A stretch of DNA of 64,000 nucleotides from an uncultured Desulfarculus sp. (lineage in GTDB: Bacteria > Desulfobacterota > Desulfarculia > Desulfarculales > Desulfarculaceae). Position numbers and translations under genes: made by a program. Numbering within the stretch: position 1 is the stretch's first letter; the number at the start of each line of letters is the position of its first letter. The notes below the pieces were generated by a model. It was not told the DNA's origin, did no database searches, and worked only from the letters and a program-made list of their open reading frames with translations. Shown here one piece after another: positions 56,481-64,000 of this stretch. Location: NCBI GenBank assembly GCA_963665125.2, contig CAXXUK010000001.1, positions 832,001 through 896,000 of the forward strand, written 5' to 3'.

Positions 56481-57152
56481 ATGAAAAAAATCGGAGTGTT
56501 GCTCTTGGTGGGTCTGTTCGCCATCACCAGCGTGGGCGGCTGTACCAACATCAAGGACGACCAAACCCGCACCAAAACCGAAGGCACGGCTGTTGGCGCC
56601 GGAGCCGGCGCCATCATCGGCGGTCTTTTAGGTCAGCTTATCGGTGGCGACACGGCAGGAACCCTGATCGGCGCGGCCGTTGGCGCCCTGGCCGGTTCGG
56701 CGGCGGGCTATGCCTATGGCTCCCACGTGGCCAATGAAAAGTCCAAGTATGCCAAGCGCGAGGACTGGCTTAATGCCTGTATCGCCAGCGCTCAAAAGGT
56801 CAACGCAGACACCAGAGCTTATAACGACCAACTGGCCAAGCAGGTGCAAAAGCTTGACACCGAAACCAAGGCTCTGGCCATGGCCTATCAAAAGAGACAG
56901 GTGAAGTCCTCTCAGCTTGCCGCCGAAAAGCAAAAGGTTGACAAGCAGATGGCCGCGGCCAAGGACAAGCTCGACAGGGCAAAGGCAGAGTTGGATGTGC
57001 AGGAAAAGGTTTTGGCAGACGCCGAGGAAAACGGAAACAAGAAGCACGCTGCGGCCTTGGACAAGCAGATCGAACAGCTTAAGGCCCAGATAGGCGAGCT
57101 CGAAGGCCATACCGAGTCCCTGGCCTCCATTTCGGCCCGTATGTCTGTCTAG
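56481..57152 (+). CDS. tagQ: Glycine-zipper lipoprotein with a coiled coil (TagQ-like)
   Basis: Start at ATG 56481; lipobox-like VGG-C; GTAVGAGAGAIIGG..GAAVGALAG; long coiled coil. Confidence 0.72.
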   Translation: MKKIGVLLLVGLFAITSVGGCTNIKDDQTRTKTEGTAVGAGAGAIIGGLLGQLIGGDTAGTLIGAAVGALAGSAAGYAYGSHVANEKSKYAKREDWLNACIASAQKVNADTRAYNDQLAKQVQKLDTETKALAMAYQKRQVKSSQLAAEKQKVDKQMAAAKDKLDRAKAELDVQEKVLADAEENGNKKHAAALDKQIEQLKAQIGELEGHTESLASISARMSV

Positions 57153-57198
57153 ATTTCTCTGGGCCGCAAGACAAGGCCCTGCACTTTGGAGGTGGGAT

Positions 57199-57693
57199 TT
57201 GTTGAAAAAGTTGACCCCGGTAATACTGGTTTGCCTGGCCCTGGTGGCCGGATGCGCCACTACTGACGATCCGCACGCAGGCGGATTGTTCAGTTACAAC
57301 CCCGAAGCCTATCAAAAGCGCGTACAGACCAGGGAACAGCAGCTACAGGCCGAAGAACAGCAAAAGGCTCAGAATCAGCAGACCGCGGCATATCTGCAAA
57401 AGCAAAAGGCCGCCAAGGAAGCCGAGAAAAAAGCCCTTAATAAAAAAATCGCCGAACTTGACAGCAAGGTTGCCAAGGCCGAGTACGATATCCGCAAGGT
57501 GAAGTTGGACACCGAGGCCAAGAAGGCCGAATTCGAACGGATATCCGGTAGGTTGCAACAGGTAAAATCCGATATCACCAGCATCAAGAATTCGAAATCG
57601 CCTGAGAACGAGGCCAAGGTCAAAGAGGCGAAGCGCCTTGAAAAGAAGCTTGATTCCCTCTTGGAAGAAGCCGAAGCCCTTAGCCGCATGTAA
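57199..57693 (+). CDS. Coiled-coil lipoprotein
   Basis: GGAGG RBS; lipobox LVAG-C; TDDPHAGGLFSYNP followed by a coiled coil. Confidence 0.8.
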   Translation: MLKKLTPVILVCLALVAGCATTDDPHAGGLFSYNPEAYQKRVQTREQQLQAEEQQKAQNQQTAAYLQKQKAAKEAEKKALNKKIAELDSKVAKAEYDIRKVKLDTEAKKAEFERISGRLQQVKSDITSIKNSKSPENEAKVKEAKRLEKKLDSLLEEAEALSRM

Positions 57694-57699
57694 AAGGTT

Positions 57700-57730
57700 T
57701 GCGGCCCGGTCCCAACAAGGCCGGGCCGCA
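57700..57730 (+). terminator. GC-rich hairpin without a U-tract (mRNA stabiliser or weak terminator)
   Basis: TGCGGCCCGG / CCGGGCCGCA. Confidence 0.4.
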
Positions 57731-57741
57731 TTATACGTCAT

Positions 57742-58884
57742 ATGATTTCCCATAAACTTGCCAAGGCTTTATTGGCCGCAATTCTGGTTCTTTGCGTCAC
57801 CATGGCCGCTTATGCGCGGGACGCATCCTGGACCGGGGACGACGCGGCCTTGATTTATTTTGAAGCACTGACAGCGGTGCAAAAAAACGCATTGCATGTC
57901 CCGGATTCCATGGCCTTTACCCAAAACGCCCTGCGTGCGGCCCTCAAAGGCATTGACCAGTACAGCGATTATTGGCCTCCCGCCGAGTATCAGGCCTTCA
58001 AGGAGGCCAACAGCCCCAAATACGCCGGTGTGGGCATGGATATCTGGCGCGCCCGCAACGGCGATATCGTTTGCATACCGCATCCCGACGGTCCTGCTGA
58101 AAAGGCCGGGGTGCAATACGGTGACGTGCTGGTAGCTGTTGACGGCAAAACAGTGTCCGGCGCCGACTTCTACCTGACCGGGGCCATGATCAGGGGAGAG
58201 CAGGGCCAGCCTGTGACCCTGAAGCTGCGCCGTGGCGACCAGACCGTTGATCTGGCAATTGACCGCCACAAGCTGGATTACCCTTCGGTGCAGATGGCCA
58301 ACCAGGGCAGTCTGCCACGCATGAGGGTCTGGCGCTTCAGCGCCCACACTGCCAAACAGATGGCTGAGGCCCTGAAACAACTGCCCCTCAAAACACCGCT
58401 GATCATTGATCTGCGGGGCAACGTGGGTGGAGACCTGATGTCTGCCATTGACGCGGCGGCATTGTTTCTGCCGCAAGGCGCGGCCATCATCACCAAACGC
58501 CAAAAGAGCGAGGCAACGCGCTACAGAGTGACCAAACCGCCGGAAGACCCCAAGCGGCGCATTTTTATCTGGCAGGACGACCTGACGGCCAGCGCGGCCG
58601 AGGTGTTCACCGCGGCCCTGACCCAAAACAACCGCGCCAAGTCCGTGGGTACAACCACCTTTGGCAAGGGCGTGGCCCAAAACATAATCGAACTTTCCGA
58701 TGGATCGGCGGTATTGATCACCTATGCCGACTTGATTCCGCCTTCGGGAAAGGCCTATCATGGGCAGGGCTTGCCGCCTGATATCGAATTGAAATCCGGC
58801 GCAACAGGTTCCGACAGAGATTATGCCCTGGTCACAGCATTGGCCATGAGCAATACACCAGTGGGCACAACAGAGGAAAAATAA
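57742..58884 (+). CDS. S41 family carboxyl-terminal processing protease with PDZ domain
   Basis: Signal peptide; YAGVGM, GPAEKAG, IDLRGNVGG, TASAAE (Ser), TTFGKG (Lys). Confidence 0.9.
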   Translation: MISHKLAKALLAAILVLCVTMAAYARDASWTGDDAALIYFEALTAVQKNALHVPDSMAFTQNALRAALKGIDQYSDYWPPAEYQAFKEANSPKYAGVGMDIWRARNGDIVCIPHPDGPAEKAGVQYGDVLVAVDGKTVSGADFYLTGAMIRGEQGQPVTLKLRRGDQTVDLAIDRHKLDYPSVQMANQGSLPRMRVWRFSAHTAKQMAEALKQLPLKTPLIIDLRGNVGGDLMSAIDAAALFLPQGAAIITKRQKSEATRYRVTKPPEDPKRRIFIWQDDLTASAAEVFTAALTQNNRAKSVGTTTFGKGVAQNIIELSDGSAVLITYADLIPPSGKAYHGQGLPPDIELKSGATGSDRDYALVTALAMSNTPVGTTEEK

Positions 58885-58885
58885 A

Positions 58886-59329
58886 ATGCGCAAGCTGATC
58901 TGTTTGTTGATGTTGGTTTCGTTATTGGGTGTTACTTCTATCGCCATGGCCCAGCAGCCGGATGGTGAAAAAATGACCAGGGAACTGTGGGCGGCAATGA
59001 AAGCCACCGACATGCCGGCTCTGGAAATACTTATTGCCGAGGGCTTTCAAAGCGTCCACTGCGACGGTCACAGCGACCGGCAGGGCGAATTAGATATTCT
59101 CAAAAAACTCAAGCCCAAGGATGTGGTTCTCAGCGACTTCAACGTAACCTCCGTGAGTGACAGCGTCATCATTGTCACCTACCGCGTGGGAGTGGCCGAA
59201 ACCATCAAGGGCGAGCGCTTGGCCGACCACGCCTTCCCCCGCATGAGCGTTTTCGTTAAAACCGACAAGGGCTGGCAATGGGCCGCCCACGCCAACCCCA
59301 GGCCCTTGGCTGCGTGCGTGATTAAGTGA
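58886..59329 (+). CDS. Exported NTF2-like (DUF4440) protein
   Basis: Signal peptide; LIAEGFQSVH, RMSVFVKTDKGWQWAAHAN. Confidence 0.8.
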   Translation: MRKLICLLMLVSLLGVTSIAMAQQPDGEKMTRELWAAMKATDMPALEILIAEGFQSVHCDGHSDRQGELDILKKLKPKDVVLSDFNVTSVSDSVIIVTYRVGVAETIKGERLADHAFPRMSVFVKTDKGWQWAAHANPRPLAACVIK

Positions 59330-59335
59330 GACTTT

Positions 59336-59590
59336 TGGGGGAAACCTTTTTCTTTTGGCTACAAAAGAAAAAGGTTTCCCCCAGCCCCCCTTCCAAAAAG
59401 AAAACCGCATGCGCAATTGATTTGGCCTTCAGCCAAATCAATTGCGCCGTTTAAGCCGATACTTCCGGGTTTGCCATGGCGGTCGCAACACCGGAAAAAT
59501 GACCGTTTATCAATCGGCGGCGCAGCCGGCAATTGATAAACGGCGAAGTTTTTTTGGGGTGTGGGGGGCTTTTTGAAAAAAGCCCCCCAC
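59336..59590. repeat. Symmetric five-hairpin palindromic element, copy C
   Basis: Same architecture as copy A; terminal hairpin 59563-59588 is identical to 3495-3520; lies between convergent genes. Confidence 0.8.
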
Positions 59591-59600
59591 GTTGTTAAAT

Positions 59601-60974
59601 CTACTTAAAGCAGCAGAAGATGCGGTTTTCGAGAATTTCGACCTTGTCGTTGAGGAACCGGGCGTTGTATCCGGCGTTGCGCAGGATGTTATAGGCCATC
59701 TCGGCGCGCAGGCCGGTGCGGCAATGGGTGATGATTTCCTTGTCCTTGGGGACTTCCGCGAGCCTGGAGCTAAGTTCATCCACAGGGATGTTGACTGCGC
59801 CGGGCAGCATGCCGCCGGCCGTTTCGGCTCCGGTGCGCACGTCTAGGATAAGCTTGTCCGGGGGCTTGTTGTTGACGATGTTCATGAACTCGTCACCGAC
59901 GATTTCGCCGGGGTGGGGCCTGGGCAGGTAGAATATCTTGGTGCTGACCAGGTCTTTCTGTATGGGCTTGTTGCCCTTGACCCAGCCTTTATAGCCGCCG
60001 CTCAGCACCGCGACATTGGCATAGCCCCAACTGGATATGGTCTTGGCCACTTCCTTGAGGGTGTCCATGTTGGTGTCATCGCCATAAAGGATGATATAGG
60101 CTTTGCGGTCCAGTGGGAACTGTTCGCGCTGGGCGGGGATCTCAGCAGCGGCGATTGCCACCGCGCCTTGGATGTGACCCTTCTTGGCGGCCTCGACTCC
60201 TCGTGTGTCGATGACTACGATATAGCCCAACAGGGAGCCTACGAATTTGGTGGTGGTAATGACCGGAAGCCCCGCCTTTTTCCATGCGGGCATGCCTGCG
60301 TGATAGACCTTGACGTTAGTGTAACCGTTCTTTTCCGCCAACCTGGCGGCCATGGGTGAGAGCACTCATCTGAAGCCCCCGCAGTAGAAGATTACCAGCT
60401 CGGACTTGTCCTTGGGCAGGACGGAGGCCATCATCTGGGGCATTTTGGGGAAGGGCACGTTCACCGCGCCGGGGATATGACCTTCGTTAAATGGAGCAGG
60501 GGGGCGTGAGTCTATGAGTTTGAACTTGCCTTTTTCCTTGTCAGAGGCCAGCAGCTTGGCCAGTTCCTCGGTGCTGATGAGCTGCTTTTCTGGAACCTTG
60601 ATCTGAGGCTTGGCCTTGATGGCGGTGGCCACAAGGTCGGAACCTTGACGCACAAAAGTCACGGCAACGGGGATCGGCTTCTGCAAATCCTTGATGCTGG
60701 GGACGTTTTCCACGGTGGTGTCTTTGGTGAACTTGATGATTTGGATCTTGTCGCCGTTGGTTTGCACTGAAATGGATTTTGCCTTGTTGGAGCGGCTGAT
60801 GAAATCGCCGGCAACCAAGTTGGCCTCATTGGTAAATTCCGTATGGCACTTCAGGCATTTACCGGCCTTTAGATCGTCAGCGGCAAGGGATTGCCCCGTG
60901 CCAGCCAAAAAAACAGCAGCAAATACAGCCGCCAGAAAAGAGAGGAGATGTATCGTCTTTTTGCGTCCTATCAC
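59601..60974 (-). CDS. Exported multi-rhodanese selenoprotein (TGA 60366-60368) with an N-terminal CxxCH motif
   Basis: Track ORFs 60366..60974 and 59601..60365 abut in frame; joined they read IFYCGGFR-U-VLSPMAARLA, completing one rhodanese domain; AGGAGG RBS; signal peptide; CLKCH. Confidence 0.85.
60335..60349 (-). promoter_or_regulatory. SECIS element of the rhodanese selenoprotein
   Basis: Perfect hairpin CCGCCA-GGU-UGGCGG; first loop G lies 23 nt after the UGA. Confidence 0.78.
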
Positions 60975-61132
60975 CTTGACCTCCTATAGAGATTAACGAT
61001 CAAAACAGCAATTAAGTATTGAAATAATTATAAGGCAACACCTCAGCAGGGCCATACGTAAAGTAAAACGATAGAAAAAAAGGGCAATGTGCCGTAGGCC
61101 ATAGCAAATGATCAGCAGACCCTTTTAAAATA

Positions 61133-61187
61133 TTGACAAGGATGAAATGTAATATCAGAATAACAGGAATGATAATTAATAGCAATT
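61133..61187 (+). promoter_or_regulatory. Sigma70 promoter with a downstream Fur/PerR-family box
   Basis: TTGACA (61133-61138), 17-nt spacer, CAGAAT; TGATAAT-T-AATAGCA (61170-61184) resembles the 7-1-7 Fur box. Confidence 0.55.
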
Positions 61188-61199
61188 AAGAGGGATGAA

Positions 61200-61370
61200 A
61201 TGTCGCAGAATATGCAAATGAACTGGAAATGCACCAACTGTGGTTACACGTTGGATGCTCCTAAGCCGCCCGAGCAGTGTCCGTCCTGCAAGGAAAAGTG
61301 CGATTTCGTTGACGTAACCTGCTACACGCCGGACTGCAAAGGGCCGGGCAGGGATGACCGCCTGGGTTAA
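61200..61370 (+). CDS. Small rubredoxin-like protein (56 aa), not in the ORF track
   Basis: Manual translation [56 protein letters not shown]; start could also be 61212 or 61218. Confidence 0.85.
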   Translation: MSQNMQMNWKCTNCGYTLDAPKPPEQCPSCKEKCDFVDVTCYTPDCKGPGRDDRLG

Positions 61371-61455
61371 TGGGATGTCCTCGGCCGGTTCCTGAGCTAT
61401 GATGCTTTAAGAGAACGACTGTATTGAAATCAGAACCGGAACAAGAGAGCGGAAA

Positions 61456-62040
61456 ATGAAGGTATTGGGGATATACGGAAGCCCTCGCAAGAACGGCAAC
61501 AGCGACATTCTGCTTGAAAAAGCCCTGCAAGGTGCGGCCGACGCCGGTGCCCAGACCGATGCGGTTTATTGCCGCAAGCTGGCCATATCGGGTTGTCTCG
61601 AGTGTGGGGGCTGCGAAAAGACCGGTAAATGCGTCATTGACGACGGCATGCAGGATGTGTACCCGCTGATGCGCCAGGCCGACGCGATCATCCTGGCCGT
61701 GCCGATCTTTTTCTATGGATCGCCGGCCCAGACCAAGGCCCTGATCGACCGGTCCCAGGCCGAATGGTCGCGGCGCTTGCTTGCCAAAAAGACAAAGGAA
61801 GACCGCCGGGCATTCGACAGCGGAAAAGGCTATCTCATCGCCGTGGGAGCCACGCAGGGAAAAAACATGTTTGTCGGCGTCGAGCTTGAAGCCAAGTACT
61901 TTTTCGACGCATTGGATATGTCATATGAAGGAGGCCAATTGGTGCGGGGCATGGAAGCCAAAGGCAGCGTTGCCCAGATGCCCGAGTTGCTCGATGAGGC
62001 CTATGAATTGGGACAAAAAATAGCTAAAAGCGGTGGATAA
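61456..62040 (+). CDS. Iron-sulfur flavoprotein / NADPH-dependent FMN reductase family
   Basis: GSPRKNGNS, CLECGGCEKTGKC, AVPIFF, KALIDR. Confidence 0.88.
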   Translation: MKVLGIYGSPRKNGNSDILLEKALQGAADAGAQTDAVYCRKLAISGCLECGGCEKTGKCVIDDGMQDVYPLMRQADAIILAVPIFFYGSPAQTKALIDRSQAEWSRRLLAKKTKEDRRAFDSGKGYLIAVGATQGKNMFVGVELEAKYFFDALDMSYEGGQLVRGMEAKGSVAQMPELLDEAYELGQKIAKSGG

Positions 62041-62049
62041 GGAGAAAAA

Positions 62050-62484
62050 ATGGCCAAAGCACTTATCGTATATTCTTCCAGGTCTGGTGAAACCAAAAAG
62101 ATAGCCGCACTCATTGCCGAGGGGCTGCGCTTCACCATGGCCGAAGTGGATATCAAAGACGCCGCCGAAATCAAATCGCCGGAAGCCCTGAAGGGTTATG
62201 ACGGCTATGTGTTCGGCTCGGCCACCTATCATGGTGAAATGCTGCCGGGCATGAAACAGGTGCTTTTCCATGCCGAAAAGGCCAAGCTGGACGGCAAGGT
62301 GGGCGCTGCATTCGGCGCCTACGGCTGGAGCGGCGAGGCGCCCGAGCGTATTTTCGAGACCATGCGCCACATTTTCAACATGGACATGGTCGGCGACAGC
62401 CTGCGTTTGAAGGCGGCCAACCTCGACGGCGCGGTGCCCATGGCCCAAGGCTATGGCAAACAAGTCGGAGAAAAGATGGCCTGA
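62050..62484 (+). CDS. Flavodoxin-domain protein
   Basis: IVYSSRSGETKKIA, FGSATYHG, AFGAYGWSGEA. Confidence 0.9.
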   Translation: MAKALIVYSSRSGETKKIAALIAEGLRFTMAEVDIKDAAEIKSPEALKGYDGYVFGSATYHGEMLPGMKQVLFHAEKAKLDGKVGAAFGAYGWSGEAPERIFETMRHIFNMDMVGDSLRLKAANLDGAVPMAQGYGKQVGEKMA

Positions 62485-62510
62485 CCGCGTTGATGTGAAT
62501 ATACGCTGAC

Positions 62511-62542
62511 AAAACCCGCCTTTCATAAAGGCGGGTTTTTTT
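62511..62542. terminator. Bidirectional intrinsic terminator
   Basis: AAAACCCGCCTTT / AAAGGCGGGTTTT with a T-run. Confidence 0.85.
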
Positions 62543-62562
62543 TCGAGCCGTCGCTGGGGGTA

Positions 62563-64000
62563 TTACGACTGGGTGGCCAGCTTGCCCAGGGCTCGTGTGC
62601 AGGACGGCATTACGCAATTGCGCCCTTTTTGTTTGGCCTCGTACATTGCCTTGTCAGCCCGTTCGACAAGTTGGACCGGCTGGACGCCCTCGCTGGGTGT
62701 CACCGAGGCCACGCCCAGACTCAGGGTAAGAACCTTCGATACCGGGGAATGGCCGTGTTTGATGGCCAGATCGCTGATCTGGGCGCGGATCGTTTCGGCC
62801 ACCGCCTGGGCCTGGGGCAGGTCCGTTTCCGGCAGGCAGATCAAAAATTCTTCGCCTCCATAGCGCGCCACAAGGTCACCGGGCCGGCGGGCATTGTCCC
62901 TGAGCACCTTGGATACCTGCCTGAGGCATTCGTCACCGGCGCCGTGACCGTAGTTGTCGTTGTAGTCCTTGAAACAGTCCACATCGGCCATGATCAACGA
63001 AAGCGGTCTGTTATAGCGCATGTTGCGGTTCCACTCTTCGTTGAGGTGCAGGTCGAACTTTCGCCGGTTGGCCAGGCCGGTCAGGGTGTCCATATCGGAT
63101 TGGATCTTGTATTCCCTGGTTTTTTCGACCAGGGCGACGGTATAGAAGGCCATTGCCGACACAAGGGCCATGGGCATCAGGGTGTCGGTGAAATCCAGGT
63201 AGGGAATCGCGCCGTATATTCTCAACAGGTCTACAGTGGAGGTGGCGTGGCCGATCAGCCAGCCGATGGCGAAATAGCGGGCGTGGGGTATGCCCTTGAT
63301 CCACAAATACAGGGCCGTGCCCGTACTGAACCACGGGCCGACGCCGATCAAGATAAACGAATAAACGGGCGTCGCCGGGTTGTTGAAAATGGCCATGGGG
63401 ATCAGGAAGACTCCCATCCATTGCAGAACTTGGATAACCCGGTCGGCCTTGGGCGCATACCTGTGTATGGAGAGGAATACCCGTAAAAATTTCGCGCCGG
63501 TAAAGTACAAAAAAGAGATGACCAGCAGGTGCAGCAGGTTGTTGTAATGGCGCAGTCCCTGGCCCATCACCTCCTGGACGAAGCCCTGGCGGAAACCAAG
63601 CAGCATGGCGATCATCAGAACGTAGGCCACGAACCACGCCGCAGGCACGCTGTGCAGTCTCCAGGCTATTACCAGAAAATAAATGATGAAACCCAGGCAG
63701 CAGCCGAAGAACAGGCCGTAGCCCATTTGCGACCAGTGATCGTTTCGGAAAAACGCCGTTGGCTCCCATACGCAGAGGGGAAAGGCCATGTCGCCGGTTG
63801 ACCTGAAGCGCATGTAATAGGTGCTTGTGGTGTTGGGCTCCAGGTCCAGGGGAAAGACAATGAGCCTGTTGGGCACCACTTCCGGGCTGCGGACCGAGGC
63901 GTCGCCGCTCAATAACCGTTGGTAGCCGCCCCCGGACGTGGGAATGTAGATGGCCGCGTAATCGGTGACCGGATAGCCGTAGACAAGGTACCTGGACAAC
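62563..64000 (-). CDS. 7TM-DISM sensor diguanylate cyclase (5' end outside the window)
   Basis: About seven TM segments; DTLTGLANRR, RPGD I-site, ARYGGEEF, ADKAMYEAKQKGRN. Confidence 0.9.
   Translation of the reverse strand, partial: LSRYLVYGYPVTDYAAIYIPTSGGGYQRLLSGDASVRSPEVVPNRLIVFPLDLEPNTTSTYYMRFRSTGDMAFPLCVWEPTAFFRNDHWSQMGYGLFFGCCLGFIIYFLVIAWRLHSVPAAWFVAYVLMIAMLLGFRQGFVQEVMGQGLRHYNNLLHLLVISFLYFTGAKFLRVFLSIHRYAPKADRVIQVLQWMGVFLIPMAIFNNPATPVYSFILIGVGPWFSTGTALYLWIKGIPHARYFAIGWLIGHATSTVDLLRIYGAIPYLDFTDTLMPMALVSAMAFYTVALVEKTREYKIQSDMDTLTGLANRRKFDLHLNEEWNRNMRYNRPLSLIMADVDCFKDYNDNYGHGAGDECLRQVSKVLRDNARRPGDLVARYGGEEFLICLPETDLPQAQAVAETIRAQISDLAIKHGHSPVSKVLTLSLGVASVTPSEGVQPVQLVERADKAMYEAKQKGRNCVMPSCTRALGKLATQS

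Noticed and set aside
49972..57152. Type VI secretion system cluster
   Set aside because: No structural tss genes (hcp, vgrG, tssBC, tssM, clpV) in the window

Overview
GC-rich chromosomal window from an anaerobic, probably sulfate-reducing member of the Desulfobacterota. This is inferred from qrcABCD, HdrA/MvhD, Nfn and selenoproteins; finer taxonomy cannot be proven from the sequence. No rRNA, tRNA, CRISPR array or transposase/integrase gene was seen. Main blocks: (1) a C1/redox supercluster at 8-24.7 kb, with nfnAB divergent from an orphan RnfB-oxidoreductase fusion, an FdhB-like Fe-S protein and a selenocysteine formate dehydrogenase, followed by fhs and an HdrL-type hdrA-mvhD(Sec)-metV-metF operon; (2) qrcABCD plus a small membrane ORF; (3) housekeeping genes (folE2, ftsB, efp, a core MetE/MesB-like methionine synthase), a zraPSR-like module with a sigma54 promoter, and glcDF-like genes; (4) a cell-envelope locus at 45.4-59.3 kb, where a kinase-less PpkA-ectodomain-like vWA gene is followed by tagT-tagS-tagR-tagQ homologues, a second lipoprotein, an S41 protease and an NTF2-like protein, with no T6SS genes in the window, divergent from two exported proteins sharing an unassigned C-terminal domain; (5) an exported CxxCH plus triple-rhodanese selenoprotein, and a rubredoxin-like/flavoprotein operon with a Fur-family box. 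Three genes that the ORF track splits at an in-frame TGA are read here as selenoproteins, each with a SECIS-like hairpin. Two short ORFs missing from the track were found. A family of multi-hairpin palindromic elements lies between convergent genes. All family assignments come from motif recognition by eye, not database searches.
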